Shown here in pieces: positions 17,724-26,248 of a DNA stretch of 64,000 nucleotides. Under the pieces are notes generated by a model that was not told the origin of the DNA, ran no database searches, and saw nothing but the letters and a program-made list of their open reading frames with translations. The stretch covers positions 1,984,001 to 2,048,000 of the forward strand of contig OY969811.1 in the NCBI GenBank assembly GCA_963703315.1, read 5' to 3'. Each line of letters starts with the position of its first letter. The first letter of the stretch is position 1. Position numbers and translations under genes: made by a program. The stretch is from an uncultured cyanobacterium (GTDB lineage: Bacteria > Cyanobacteriota > Cyanobacteriia > Pseudanabaenales > Pseudanabaenaceae).

Positions 17724-17755
17724 ATACAAATCTTAATTAATGCCAAATCCAATTT

Positions 17756-17931
17756 AAGTAGCTGGGCGCAATTAAATATAAAACCAGAGCAAAACCTATG
17801 GCGCACGCTGCGCGTGCGCCATAGGTTTTTGCTCTGGTTTTTAGATAGTTAAGATTGGCGACGCTTTGCGCCACCAATCTCATAAAAACAAATGAAGGCG
17901 GTGCTTTGCACCACTTTCATTTGTTTGGGTT
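17756..17931. mobile_element. AAGTAGCT-family MITE left end and palindrome, followed by two CTTTG-loop hairpins
   Basis: AAGTAGCTGGGCGCAATTAAATATAAAACC is identical to 51041; palindrome core GGCGCACG-CTGCG-CGTGCGCC. Confidence 0.7.
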
Positions 17932-17953
17932 TGCAAAACTTGAATTGCTATAA

Positions 17954-18727
17954 TTAATTAAGATCAATTTTATTCATGCGATGTTCATTCAAGCTCTTTG
18001 CAAAATTTAGATCTTCAGTACCAAGTAATTTATCCCAGAATGTGAAATAAAGACCATAATGCCGATTGTACTTAAGATGATGAATGGAATGATGGGCAGG
18101 ACCAATAAACCACCTCACTAACCAATGGTGCGGAAATGATAAGGGAAACCGATCAATCCCTAGATGGTTTAACACTGCCCAGATCGTCATTGTCGTTAGG
18201 ATGGCTATTAAAGTAATAAAATGCAATGGAATAATAAAAACAATACCAATCAAAAAGAGAGAACTAACGATCGCTTCTAATGGATCAAAAGCAAAGGAAG
18301 TCCAAGGCGTAGGATAGCGCGATCGATGATGCCCTTGATGCAACCAATGAAAAAGAGAAGGATGATGAAATAAGCGATGGGTAAAGTAAAAATAGGCATC
18401 TTGCAAAATTAACACTGCTCCATAACTTACGCCTAAGTACCACAGTCCATATTCTCTAGGATTACTGTAAAGGCGCGTAAAGTTAGCATTATAGAGCGAT
18501 ACGATTAATGCTGAGGCGATCGCAAATACTGCTGCCGAAAGTACAGAAAGTTGAATGTCCCGTTGGATTGATTCCCAAGATGGATTCTGTGGTTGATTTT
18601 GTCCGCCTAAAGAATGACGTAAAGGCGAATAAAAGAATAAATATGTCCCTCCCGCAACCAAAAAGTATCGGACAAGAATAATTCCAAAAAAGGCAATACC
18701 ATAGAATCCGAATGATTGATCTAGCAA
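17954..18727 (-). CDS. Sterol desaturase / fatty-acid hydroxylase family protein
   Basis: His boxes HRLFH, HQGHH, NHLG and HHSIHH. Confidence 0.9.
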   Translation of the reverse strand: MLDQSFGFYGIAFFGIILVRYFLVAGGTYLFFYSPLRHSLGGQNQPQNPSWESIQRDIQLSVLSAAVFAIASALIVSLYNANFTRLYSNPREYGLWYLGVSYGAVLILQDAYFYFTHRLFHHPSLFHWLHQGHHRSRYPTPWTSFAFDPLEAIVSSLFLIGIVFIIPLHFITLIAILTTMTIWAVLNHLGIDRFPLSFPHHWLVRWFIGPAHHSIHHLKYNRHYGLYFTFWDKLLGTEDLNFAKSLNEHRMNKIDLN

Positions 18728-18728
18728 T

Positions 18729-19145
18729 TTAAACTCTGTTATAAAAAATAAATCTGACTAATGAAATCAAAAGATAGCTTAAAAGCGCGTAGGCAATAAT
18801 TGCAATGACAATATTTACATCAAAGATATTTGCGCCGCCATCAGAAGTAGGACTGATGAATAAAGTAGAAAATGGGGCAATAAAGGGGGCAGATAGATTA
18901 TTGATAAATCGTGCGAATTCATTTTGGGTATTAGCACCAAATAAACGTAATATGAACCTTAAAATTAATAATATTTCAATAATTCCTCCTAGCCAATAAA
19001 TACTATTAACGATCCAATAATAAGTATTAGTGCGCTGAGCTACTCCTAGACGATTTTCTTCTTGCCGAAGTCGAAATTGTTCTTCATCTTGTCGTAGGTC
19101 TTGTCGTCTTTCAAGATTACTTTCATCACGTTGATTATCATTCAT
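18729..19145 (-). CDS. YggT family membrane protein
   Basis: LILRFILRLFGAN..FARFINNLSAPFIAPF. Confidence 0.8.
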   Translation of the reverse strand: MNDNQRDESNLERRQDLRQDEEQFRLRQEENRLGVAQRTNTYYWIVNSIYWLGGIIEILLILRFILRLFGANTQNEFARFINNLSAPFIAPFSTLFISPTSDGGANIFDVNIVIAIIAYALLSYLLISLVRFIFYNRV

Positions 19146-19180
19146 TTTGCAACCATTACATTTTATGTGGGCGTAAAGCT

Positions 19181-19273
19181 TATAGCATTTTCATCTAGTG
19201 ACGTATAGGTTGGTTTCCCCGCCTTCGGCGGGGAAACCAACCTATGTAACGCGCTTGCTTGAAAAGCGCTATA
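19181..19273. mobile_element. TATAGC...GCTATA MITE-like element with an internal CCG-CCTTCGG-CGG hairpin
   Basis: Terminal TATAGCATTTTCA / TGAAAAGCGCTATA; internal palindrome ATAGGTTGGTTTCCCCGC-CTTCG-GCGGGGAAACCAACCTAT; relatives at 30550, 32795 and 41111. Confidence 0.65.
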
Positions 19274-19287
19274 TCGCTTTTAGCTGT

Positions 19288-19330
19288 ATATTTACAGATA
19301 GCTGTATGATTTTGTGTATAAGTTGATGGA
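19288..19330 (-). promoter_or_regulatory. Island promoter motif copy upstream of the yggT-like gene
   Basis: Minus strand TCCATCAACTTATACACAAAATCATACAGCTATCTGTAAATAT. Confidence 0.6.
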
Positions 19331-19409
19331 ATAATATATGAATCTTTATCTTATCCAATTGTAAAAACCTTAGTTATAGATGGTGCAACGTACCATCTAT
19401 AACTAAGGT

Positions 19410-20120
19410 TTACTGAATTAAGCCTGCAATAATATTGATACTCATAGCAACGATCGCGGTATTAAAGAAAAAAGAGAGAATGCTATGGAATAAAGATAAA
19501 CGTCTTAGCGATCGCGAAGTAATCTCTACATCTGAAACTTGGCTCGTCATGCCAATCACAAACGAGAAATATAAAAAATCCCAATAGTCTGGCTCAATAT
19601 CTTCAGGAAAATCTAGTCCGCCCGCTTTGCAATCACTCTGCGTCTGGTGATCTTGATAATATTCATGAGCATAGTGCATTGTAAAAATCGTGTGAACGAG
19701 CAACCATGAACCAACAATTGTAACTATCGCAAGCATTACATGAGGAATTATGATATTTATTTCTTTTCCTTTTGCTTCTCTCAAGATAAAGGCGATCGCT
19801 AAGATACTGGCACAGGCAGCAGCAGTAACGATACTCAAGATTACTAGTCGCCCCTCATCCTGACTTTGAGCATTACGGCGCATTGTTGTTGGCTTTGCTT
19901 GCACCATTAGCACCCAAGTTGCTACTAAAAAACTGATCATCCCTGTATTCCATATACAGAGAATCTTTGTGGATAAACTAAACCAATCTGGAAGCAAAAA
20001 CGATACGATGAAAGAAAATATAATAGATAAGATCAGACGCGAGCGAACTCTCCATCGATGAGACAGTTGCGCTTTGACTGAATTTTGCGTAGGTTTTTGA
20101 GGTAAGGTCATGGGCGGCAC
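19410..20120 (-). CDS. DUF1345 family membrane protein
   Basis: HYAHEYY, GGLDFP..EPDYWDFLYFSFVIGMTSQVSDV signature. Confidence 0.9.
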   Translation of the reverse strand: MPPMTLPQKPTQNSVKAQLSHRWRVRSRLILSIIFSFIVSFLLPDWFSLSTKILCIWNTGMISFLVATWVLMVQAKPTTMRRNAQSQDEGRLVILSIVTAAACASILAIAFILREAKGKEINIIIPHVMLAIVTIVGSWLLVHTIFTMHYAHEYYQDHQTQSDCKAGGLDFPEDIEPDYWDFLYFSFVIGMTSQVSDVEITSRSLRRLSLFHSILSFFFNTAIVAMSINIIAGLIQ

Positions 20121-20229
20121 TATGCTATGCCAAGCATTCAGATGAAATCTTATTTAACGGCAGGACTATCTAAAATAGCTTTAATAGCTTTGCCAAATAG
20201 TGTAACTCTTTTGTTTAGGCATATGATTT

Positions 20230-21138
20230 CTACACATGATTTTCTGGCTCTAGATGGCATGGGTAGTCGGGATCGCCAGATTCAATTTGTAGGGTTGAGT
20301 GGTCAATGCCAAAGTGAGTATGCAGATCTTTGCAAGTATCAGTTAAAAAGCGATCGCCTTCATGTCCTGCTGGCATCACCAAATGCGCGGTGAGAGCGAT
20401 CTCGGTGGTACTGATTGCCCAGATATGGAGATCATGAACTTGGGTGACACCTTGCAGATTTTGTAAAAAAGTCCGTACGGCGATCGGTTCTATCTGTTTA
20501 GGAACTCCATCAAGGATTAGTTCCAAAGCATCTTTAAATAAATTCCAAGTTCCCACGACGATGACGGCAACGATCGCCAAACTAATCACAGGATCGAGCC
20601 AAAACCAACCTGTGAGCAAAATCGAAATTCCTGCTAGTACCACGCCCACCGACACTAATGCATCGGCTGCCATGTGCAGAAATGCGCCCCGAATGTTCAT
20701 ATCCTTGTCGCGTTCTGACAAAAACAAGAGTGCAGTGATGGTGTTAATCACTACCCCGATTCCTGCGACTAAAATTACTGTGCCACCAGCGATCGCTGTA
20801 GGTTCTTGCAAGCGGCGAATCGCTTCCCAAGTAATCCCACCCATCGTTAGCAATAACAGAATTGCATTAACTAAAGCTGCCAATATCGAAGAGCGCCGCA
20901 GTCCATATGTGTATTTGTGATTGGGAGGACGCTGTACGAGATAACTAGCTCCCCATGCTAACAATAGTCCTAACACATCGCTGAGATTATGCCCTGCGTC
21001 TGCCAATAATGCTAATGAGTGGGTAATCAGCCCGAACCAAGCCTCCACTAAAACAAAGCCAATATTTAGGCAAGTGCCAATCAGAAAGGCGCGGTTATAG
21101 TTTTTAGGCGCATGACTATGTTCGTGATGATGAGCCAT
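20230..21138 (-). CDS. Cation diffusion facilitator (CzcD/ZitB-like Zn/Co/Cd exporter)
   Basis: His-rich N-terminus; SLALLADAGHNLSD, HMAADA and HDLHIW motifs. Confidence 0.9.
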   Translation of the reverse strand: MAHHHEHSHAPKNYNRAFLIGTCLNIGFVLVEAWFGLITHSLALLADAGHNLSDVLGLLLAWGASYLVQRPPNHKYTYGLRRSSILAALVNAILLLLTMGGITWEAIRRLQEPTAIAGGTVILVAGIGVVINTITALLFLSERDKDMNIRGAFLHMAADALVSVGVVLAGISILLTGWFWLDPVISLAIVAVIVVGTWNLFKDALELILDGVPKQIEPIAVRTFLQNLQGVTQVHDLHIWAISTTEIALTAHLVMPAGHEGDRFLTDTCKDLHTHFGIDHSTLQIESGDPDYPCHLEPENHV

Positions 21139-21298
21139 AGGAATAACCTCATTAAATAGGCATCAATAAACTGGCGATTGCAAAACTGGCGATCGCATTC
21201 AGCACAAATATGATTCAGAATTTGATATGCCTTGATAATGAGGATAGCCCAAAAACAGATGAATATTGTTTTGATTAATGAGACGATCGCTATTACGA

Positions 21299-21571
21299 TT
21301 ACTGAATTTTCGACAGGATCAAGCTGACAAGGACAATAAGTCCTAATGCTCTCCGAAAGTAATTAACCCCTTGAAATAATTCTTCCCAAGCCCAAGTAAA
21401 CAAAGATCCGAAAGCGATCGCGTCTAATCCGATAGAAATTTTACCTGTTGTAAAAAACAGCTTTAACAAACTAGCTACAATCCAGACAATCAGAGGTAAG
21501 TTCGGCATCTGGGCGAGAACAATGTCACCTTCGCGATCGCGAAACACTTTATCGAATAACGTATTTTCCAT
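21299..21571 (-). CDS. Small membrane protein
   Basis: QMPNLPL...WAWEELFQGVNYFRRALG; TAATG overlap with the upstream gene. Confidence 0.75.
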   Translation of the reverse strand: MENTLFDKVFRDREGDIVLAQMPNLPLIVWIVASLLKLFFTTGKISIGLDAIAFGSLFTWAWEELFQGVNYFRRALGLIVLVSLILSKIQ

Positions 21572-22056
21572 TAAATCACTCTTTTTTCTGGTATTTCTAC
21601 AAGTATAGAGATCACAAGTAAACTTAGTCCCATAATTTTAACGAGGGCATTTGCTGTGTGGGCATATTCCCATTGATCACGATACTGCATCCAGTTTAAT
21701 GGAATGGGAGTCGTTAACCATTTAGCGAATTCAGCATTCATTGGCGCGATAAGTACAATCCAACTCACAAATGCGATCGCTAAGAGTATCGCTCCGCCCA
21801 ATGTCCAGTAAAACGTTGAACCATGTTTGCGAACTAGAAATACGAGAATAATTGCAGTTAAAATAGCGGCAATTTCAAAGAATGCACCGACTGTACCAAA
21901 CAACCGATAAATATTTTCAATAACTGTCACTCTGATCCAAAGTTGTTGGTCAAACTGCATTCTTTGCGGTAACTCTAGCAAATGTGTCATCGACAAACTA
22001 AGACTAAACGCAGCCAGCATCAGCGTAATAAATCGCCAAACTCGGATGAATATCAT
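21571..22056 (-). CDS. DUF1772 (anthrone-oxygenase-like) membrane protein
   Basis: 4 TM segments; PMN...W...P.NW..YRDQWEYAH motif. Confidence 0.75.
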   Translation of the reverse strand: MIFIRVWRFITLMLAAFSLSLSMTHLLELPQRMQFDQQLWIRVTVIENIYRLFGTVGAFFEIAAILTAIILVFLVRKHGSTFYWTLGGAILLAIAFVSWIVLIAPMNAEFAKWLTTPIPLNWMQYRDQWEYAHTANALVKIMGLSLLVISILVEIPEKRVI

Positions 22057-22108
22057 TTTGTTTTGTCTGATATAAATTAAATAAAGCCGAAACTACGTTT
22101 AACCTGAA

Positions 22109-22369
22109 TTAATGATCGACAGCCGATGCAGAATCTAATTCCCAGCGATCGCGATCACGCTTTAGGAGCATTTCTTCGGTATCAATGGGAGTATGATCAT
22201 CTACCACAATCCCCATCGCCACCGCCAATTCTTCTGTGTCATTTTGACTGGGAACTGCGGTGCTACCGCCAACGGCTTCATCACCATTTACTTCTGCTCG
22301 ATAGGCATCATTCTCAGCGTCGTCGGCTGAATCTGCACCTGTTAGCAAATTTGGTTGTGGGTTTGTCAT
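22109..22369 (-). CDS. DUF6335-like acidic protein
   Basis: LTGAD...GDEAVGGSTAVPSQND.EEL..AMG...RDRDRWELD. Confidence 0.7.
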   Translation of the reverse strand: MTNPQPNLLTGADSADDAENDAYRAEVNGDEAVGGSTAVPSQNDTEELAVAMGIVVDDHTPIDTEEMLLKRDRDRWELDSASAVDH

Positions 22370-22402
22370 ACATTTTTTCCTGTAAGTTCTTCTTATCTCT
22401 TC

Positions 22403-22445
22403 ACGATCGCAGAAGCATGATTGATCTAAGATGTGAATTGGTTAA
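22403..22445 (-). promoter_or_regulatory. Island promoter motif copy heading the 22369->19410 gene run
   Basis: Minus strand TTAACCAATTCACATCTTAGATCAATCATGCTTCTGCGATCGT. Confidence 0.55.
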
Positions 22446-22529
22446 ATACAGTACAAAACTTATCTATCCTTCTTCTTCATTAAGAGAGCTATCATTTAGG
22501 TAATGAATGACAAGTAATGGTAAAAAATA

Positions 22530-23228
22530 ATGGCTCAACTTATCTTGGTTCGGCATGGACAGAGCCTTTGGAATGCCCTCAATAAATTCACGGGATGGGT
22601 AGATGTCCCATTAAGTGAACGTGGACGAGCAGAAGCAACGATCGCCTCTTGTCGGCTCAGTGGTTATCGCGTAAATGTCTGTTTTACTAGCAAATTAATT
22701 CGGGCGATCGAGACAGCGACAATTTGCCTAACAGAACGCGATGATATCTGTGGTGGCAAAATTCCGATTATTAAGCACGAACAATCCGACCAAGACTGGA
22801 ATGGCTGGGATCGTTACGATGGGAACCCAGATGAAGAGTTACCTATTTTTACAAATGCTGCCCTTGATGAGCGGTTTTATGGTGAATTGCAGGGCTTAAA
22901 TAAAGCCGAAACCGCGATCAAGTATGGCGATGAAAAGGTGCATGAATGGCGGAGGTCTTTCAGCGTTCGACCACCTGGAGGAGAGAGTTTAGAGGATACC
23001 CAAAAGCGAGTGATTGCTTATTTTAAAATCCGCATTTTGCCGCATTTACTTCAAGGCGAAAACGTTCTCATTGCTGCTCATGGGAACTCATTACGTTCCA
23101 TTATTATGATGCTCGATCGCCTGAGTCCACAGGAAGTAACAGCACTAGAATTAGCCACGGGTGTGCCGATTGTGTATGACCTTGATGTCTCTGGAGATGC
23201 GATCGGCAAAAAGATTCTAAATGATTGA
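22530..23228 (+). CDS. gpmA: 2,3-bisphosphoglycerate-dependent phosphoglycerate mutase
   Basis: LVRHGQS.WN..NKFTGWVDVPL, ERFYGELQGLNK, PPGGESL and AAHGNSLR motifs. Confidence 0.9.
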   Translation: MAQLILVRHGQSLWNALNKFTGWVDVPLSERGRAEATIASCRLSGYRVNVCFTSKLIRAIETATICLTERDDICGGKIPIIKHEQSDQDWNGWDRYDGNPDEELPIFTNAALDERFYGELQGLNKAETAIKYGDEKVHEWRRSFSVRPPGGESLEDTQKRVIAYFKIRILPHLLQGENVLIAAHGNSLRSIIMMLDRLSPQEVTALELATGVPIVYDLDVSGDAIGKKILND

Positions 23229-23241
23229 CATCAATTAATAC

Positions 23242-23913
23242 TCAACTCAAAAGATCGTATGTACCACCGCGCTCTAATGCTTTTTTGTATGCAGGACGGC
23301 TGTGGATGCGATTCAAGAATGCCATAAGTTTTGGACGACTTGAGTTCAGTCCACCCCTTGCCAATGCTGCCTCTAGAGGGAAACTGATTTGGATATCGGC
23401 TGCGGTAAATTCGTTGCCCGCAAACCATGTGCTTTTACTAATCTCTGCCTCCATATAGTCTAGATGCAGAGCGAGCTGAGGATCAATAAATAAACTTTTA
23501 ACGCGATTTGTGATTGATTTAGCGATCGGACGCACAAAAAAGAGCATGGGACTCTTTTCAATTTGGTCGAAGATCAGCTTAAGTAATAACGGAGGCATCG
23601 CAGAACCTTCGGCATAGTGCAACCAATAGGTGTAGCGCAAATGTTCTGGCGTGCCTAGCGCAGGTTTTAAGCGTCCGTTGCCATAGCGATCGACTAAGTA
23701 CTCGACAATGGCTCCAGATTCCGCCAAGGTCAGATCACCATCAGTAATCACAGGCGATTTACCGAGGGGATGTACTTTTTGTAAAGATGGGGGAGCCAAC
23801 ATAGTTTTCGGGTCACGTTCATAGCGCTTGATTTCGTAGGGGAGTTCCAGTTCCTCTAGTAGCCAAAGTACCCGTTGGGAGCGAGAGTTATTTAAATGGT
23901 GAACGGTGATCAT
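23242..23913 (-). CDS. Glutathione S-transferase (GTT1-like)
   Basis: NSRSQRVLWLLEEL, HPLGKSPV, LAESGAI and FTAADI motifs. Confidence 0.9.
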   Translation of the reverse strand: MITVHHLNNSRSQRVLWLLEELELPYEIKRYERDPKTMLAPPSLQKVHPLGKSPVITDGDLTLAESGAIVEYLVDRYGNGRLKPALGTPEHLRYTYWLHYAEGSAMPPLLLKLIFDQIEKSPMLFFVRPIAKSITNRVKSLFIDPQLALHLDYMEAEISKSTWFAGNEFTAADIQISFPLEAALARGGLNSSRPKLMAFLNRIHSRPAYKKALERGGTYDLLS

Positions 23914-23924
23914 AAAACTTTCTC

Positions 23925-24278
23925 TCATTTTGTTGAAGCAGGTTGACAGGTCACAACTCCTTCTTTTTGAGTGTTTGCATCAGGGTTGCTACCCATCGCC
24001 CGAACCTTCATACTCGGCTGATAGTTTGGATAGCAACGCACTAAAACCGTATCACCATCACGAGTTATATATAGAACACTAATGGGTTTCCCCCCCAGAA
24101 TAGCGGTTTCGAGATAAGGGGGTGTAGCGGCAGTTGCAATCAATTCAGGTTGAGGAGTAGTATTCACTGAATCGGACAGAATAGCCTTTGCGCCTAGAGG
24201 TTGTAAATAGAGCAGTAAAAATGTTGTCGCGATCGCTAATATTGCCACAAACAACTTAGAAGATAGTTTAAACATCAC
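23925..24278 (-). CDS. Hypothetical exported protein
   Basis: Signal-peptide-like N-terminus; two Cys residues. Confidence 0.65.
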   Translation of the reverse strand: MMFKLSSKLFVAILAIATTFLLLYLQPLGAKAILSDSVNTTPQPELIATAATPPYLETAILGGKPISVLYITRDGDTVLVRCYPNYQPSMKVRAMGSNPDANTQKEGVVTCQPASTK

Positions 24279-24338
24279 CTGACCTTTTCCTTATAAATCA
24301 ACAAAATAGAGAAGTGGCGCAAAGCGCCACTTCTCTAT

Positions 24339-24875
24339 TTAAACTCCCACAGTTTTTTTATTCATCTCTGGTTTTGAGCCATTGGATTCCACAGCTTCAC
24401 CTTCAATGAAAGAACGTAGCATCCATGCAATCTCTTCATGCTGTTCCATCAAACCTGTGAGAAAGTCGGCGGTTCCATCATCTTTAAACTTGTCGCCACA
24501 TTTATCAATGTCTCCTCGCAAATTTCGCACTACTTTTTCGTGATCTTCTAGCAATTGCGATACCATGCCTGTTGCGGTCGGAACCTTTCCAGCATTTTCC
24601 TTGAGTGAGCAGATTTTCAGAAATCCTTCCATTGTGCCGACAGGATAGCCTCCGAGCATTCTGATTCGCTCAGCGATCGCATCGACATTGAGGGTGAGAG
24701 CTTCATAATGTGCTTGCCAGAGTTTATGCAAGGTCATAAATTGAGGACCAACGACATCCCAATGATATTTTTTGGTTTTGACTAGCAGCAAATAGCTGTC
24801 TGCTAGGTCGTTGTTGAGGATGTCGATTACGCCTTGTCGTTGGGTATCGGTTAGTCCAATATTGATTGTCTTCAT
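24339..24875 (-). CDS. dps: Dps family ferritin-like DNA protection protein
   Basis: HWDVVGPQFMTLHKLW, VDAIAERIRMLG and WMLRS motifs. Confidence 0.92.
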   Translation of the reverse strand: MKTINIGLTDTQRQGVIDILNNDLADSYLLLVKTKKYHWDVVGPQFMTLHKLWQAHYEALTLNVDAIAERIRMLGGYPVGTMEGFLKICSLKENAGKVPTATGMVSQLLEDHEKVVRNLRGDIDKCGDKFKDDGTADFLTGLMEQHEEIAWMLRSFIEGEAVESNGSKPEMNKKTVGV

Positions 24876-24923
24876 AATAAATTTCCTTGGATTAATGAAT
24901 GGTGTTGGTTAAAAACTCTAAGA

Positions 24924-24993
24924 GATCCCCCTCAATCCCCCTTAAAAAGGGGGAAGAATTAATTCTCTTTTTAAGGGGGGGTGGGGGGATCTA
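24924..24993. repeat. C-rich/G-rich cyanobacterial dispersed repeat
   Basis: GATCCCCCTCAATCCCCCTTAAAAAGGGGGAAGAAT...TTTTTAAGGGGGGGTGGGGGGATC; nearly identical to 54205..54289. Confidence 0.8.
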
Positions 24994-25014
24994 GAGCAAT
25001 TCTTAAATCGGTTC

Positions 25015-25212
25015 TTAGACTGGTTCCATTAATGGAACATCTGTTGCAGGTGCATCTTCTGGCTCAAAATCAGCCTTGGGAGTTCCACATTTGGGACAAA
25101 CCCAATCATCGGGCAAAGCTCCAAAGGGAGTACCAGGTTCAATACCTGAGTCTGGATCGCCGATCGCGGGATCGTAGACATATCCACAGGTTTTACAGAT
25201 ATATTTTTGCAT
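25015..25212 (-). CDS. Rubredoxin
   Basis: [32 protein letters not shown]; start at ATG 25212 (65 aa). Confidence 0.92.
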   Translation of the reverse strand: MQKYICKTCGYVYDPAIGDPDSGIEPGTPFGALPDDWVCPKCGTPKADFEPEDAPATDVPLMEPV

Positions 25213-25321
25213 TTTTGACTCTAAGTTCCTAAATATAAAAATGGTTTTAGAAGAGCATAATAAGCGGCGCAAAGCGCCGCCCATTATGCTCACTACATAA
25301 TGGATGTAGCGATCGCAAAAG

Positions 25322-26056
25322 CTAAAAGTTATAGCCAATCCCAACCAAAATACCCAGATCAGTAGTGCGTAAAAAAGCTAAATTTGCCGCTACATTGATT
25401 GTAAAGTTAGATGATAGAGGGACATCAATCCCTGCGGTAAGCATAGGACCAACGCTACTATTAGAACCAGTATTAATCGCAATTCCACCACCTAGATAGG
25501 GAGAGAACCGCAAATCTCCAAAAGACTGTTGAGGTGCAAGATCATAGGTTACAGGAAGTAAAATAGTTGCAAAATCTCTTAGTATAAGCACACTAGGACG
25601 AACTGATATAACTTCAGTTAATCCAAGTTTACTGATAATTGCAAAGCTTGTCCCGCCTAAATCACTGCCACCAGTTAACCCAAAATTAGCCCCAACTCCT
25701 AAATAACTTGGTCCCGATCGCGTAGATCTAAATATGAGGTTGCCGTTGCTATCAGTTGGCGGCACGATCTGAGAAATGGTGTTTGTCGAACTTTTGAGGC
25801 TAATTGCATTACCTTGGGAACTCTCAGTTAAAGTTGCTACTGTTGATATTTTCCCTTCTGGTAATTGAATAGTCTTTTCAATTTGCTCTAATTTTAGTGA
25901 GGGTGTTACAGATTTAGGAACTTCGTTTTTATTAACTGCGATCGCACAATCTTTTACCCATCCACAATTAGAAGAATTAATTGTTTCTGCTTTTAGTTCA
26001 GGCACAAAGCTGCCCAACATTAATAGAGTTAGTCCAGCTAGAAGATTAAGTTTCAT
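25322..26056 (-). CDS. Exported protein with an outer-membrane beta-barrel-like C-terminus
   Basis: Signal peptide; alternating beta-strand pattern; PYLGGG; terminal GIGYNF. Confidence 0.7.
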   Translation of the reverse strand: MKLNLLAGLTLLMLGSFVPELKAETINSSNCGWVKDCAIAVNKNEVPKSVTPSLKLEQIEKTIQLPEGKISTVATLTESSQGNAISLKSSTNTISQIVPPTDSNGNLIFRSTRSGPSYLGVGANFGLTGGSDLGGTSFAIISKLGLTEVISVRPSVLILRDFATILLPVTYDLAPQQSFGDLRFSPYLGGGIAINTGSNSSVGPMLTAGIDVPLSSNFTINVAANLAFLRTTDLGILVGIGYNF

Positions 26057-26096
26057 CGACTGTTCATTTATGAATTATTTCAGTTGTATATTGCCT

Positions 26097-26139
26097 AATT
26101 TGACATGACAATGATTGACTTCATGAATGAATTGATTGA
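26097..26139 (-). promoter_or_regulatory. Island promoter motif copy heading the barrel-rubredoxin-dps-GST run
   Basis: Minus strand TCAATCAATTCATTCATGAAGTCAATCATTGTCATGTCAAATT. Confidence 0.7.
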
Positions 26140-26248
26140 GTCTACATAAGCTTAATAGCAGCTTAAGGATTGAGAAGTATCAAATATTTGTGTTCAAACC
26201 TAAAAGCTTGTGCCACCCACTAAGCGGGTGACACAAGCTTCTATCTAC

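Noticed and set aside
25213..25344. N-terminal extension of rubredoxin in the ORF track; similar extensions at 31499-31543, 13229-13327 and 6911-7066
   Set aside because: These run through hairpin or promoter DNA; downstream ATGs give family-typical lengths.
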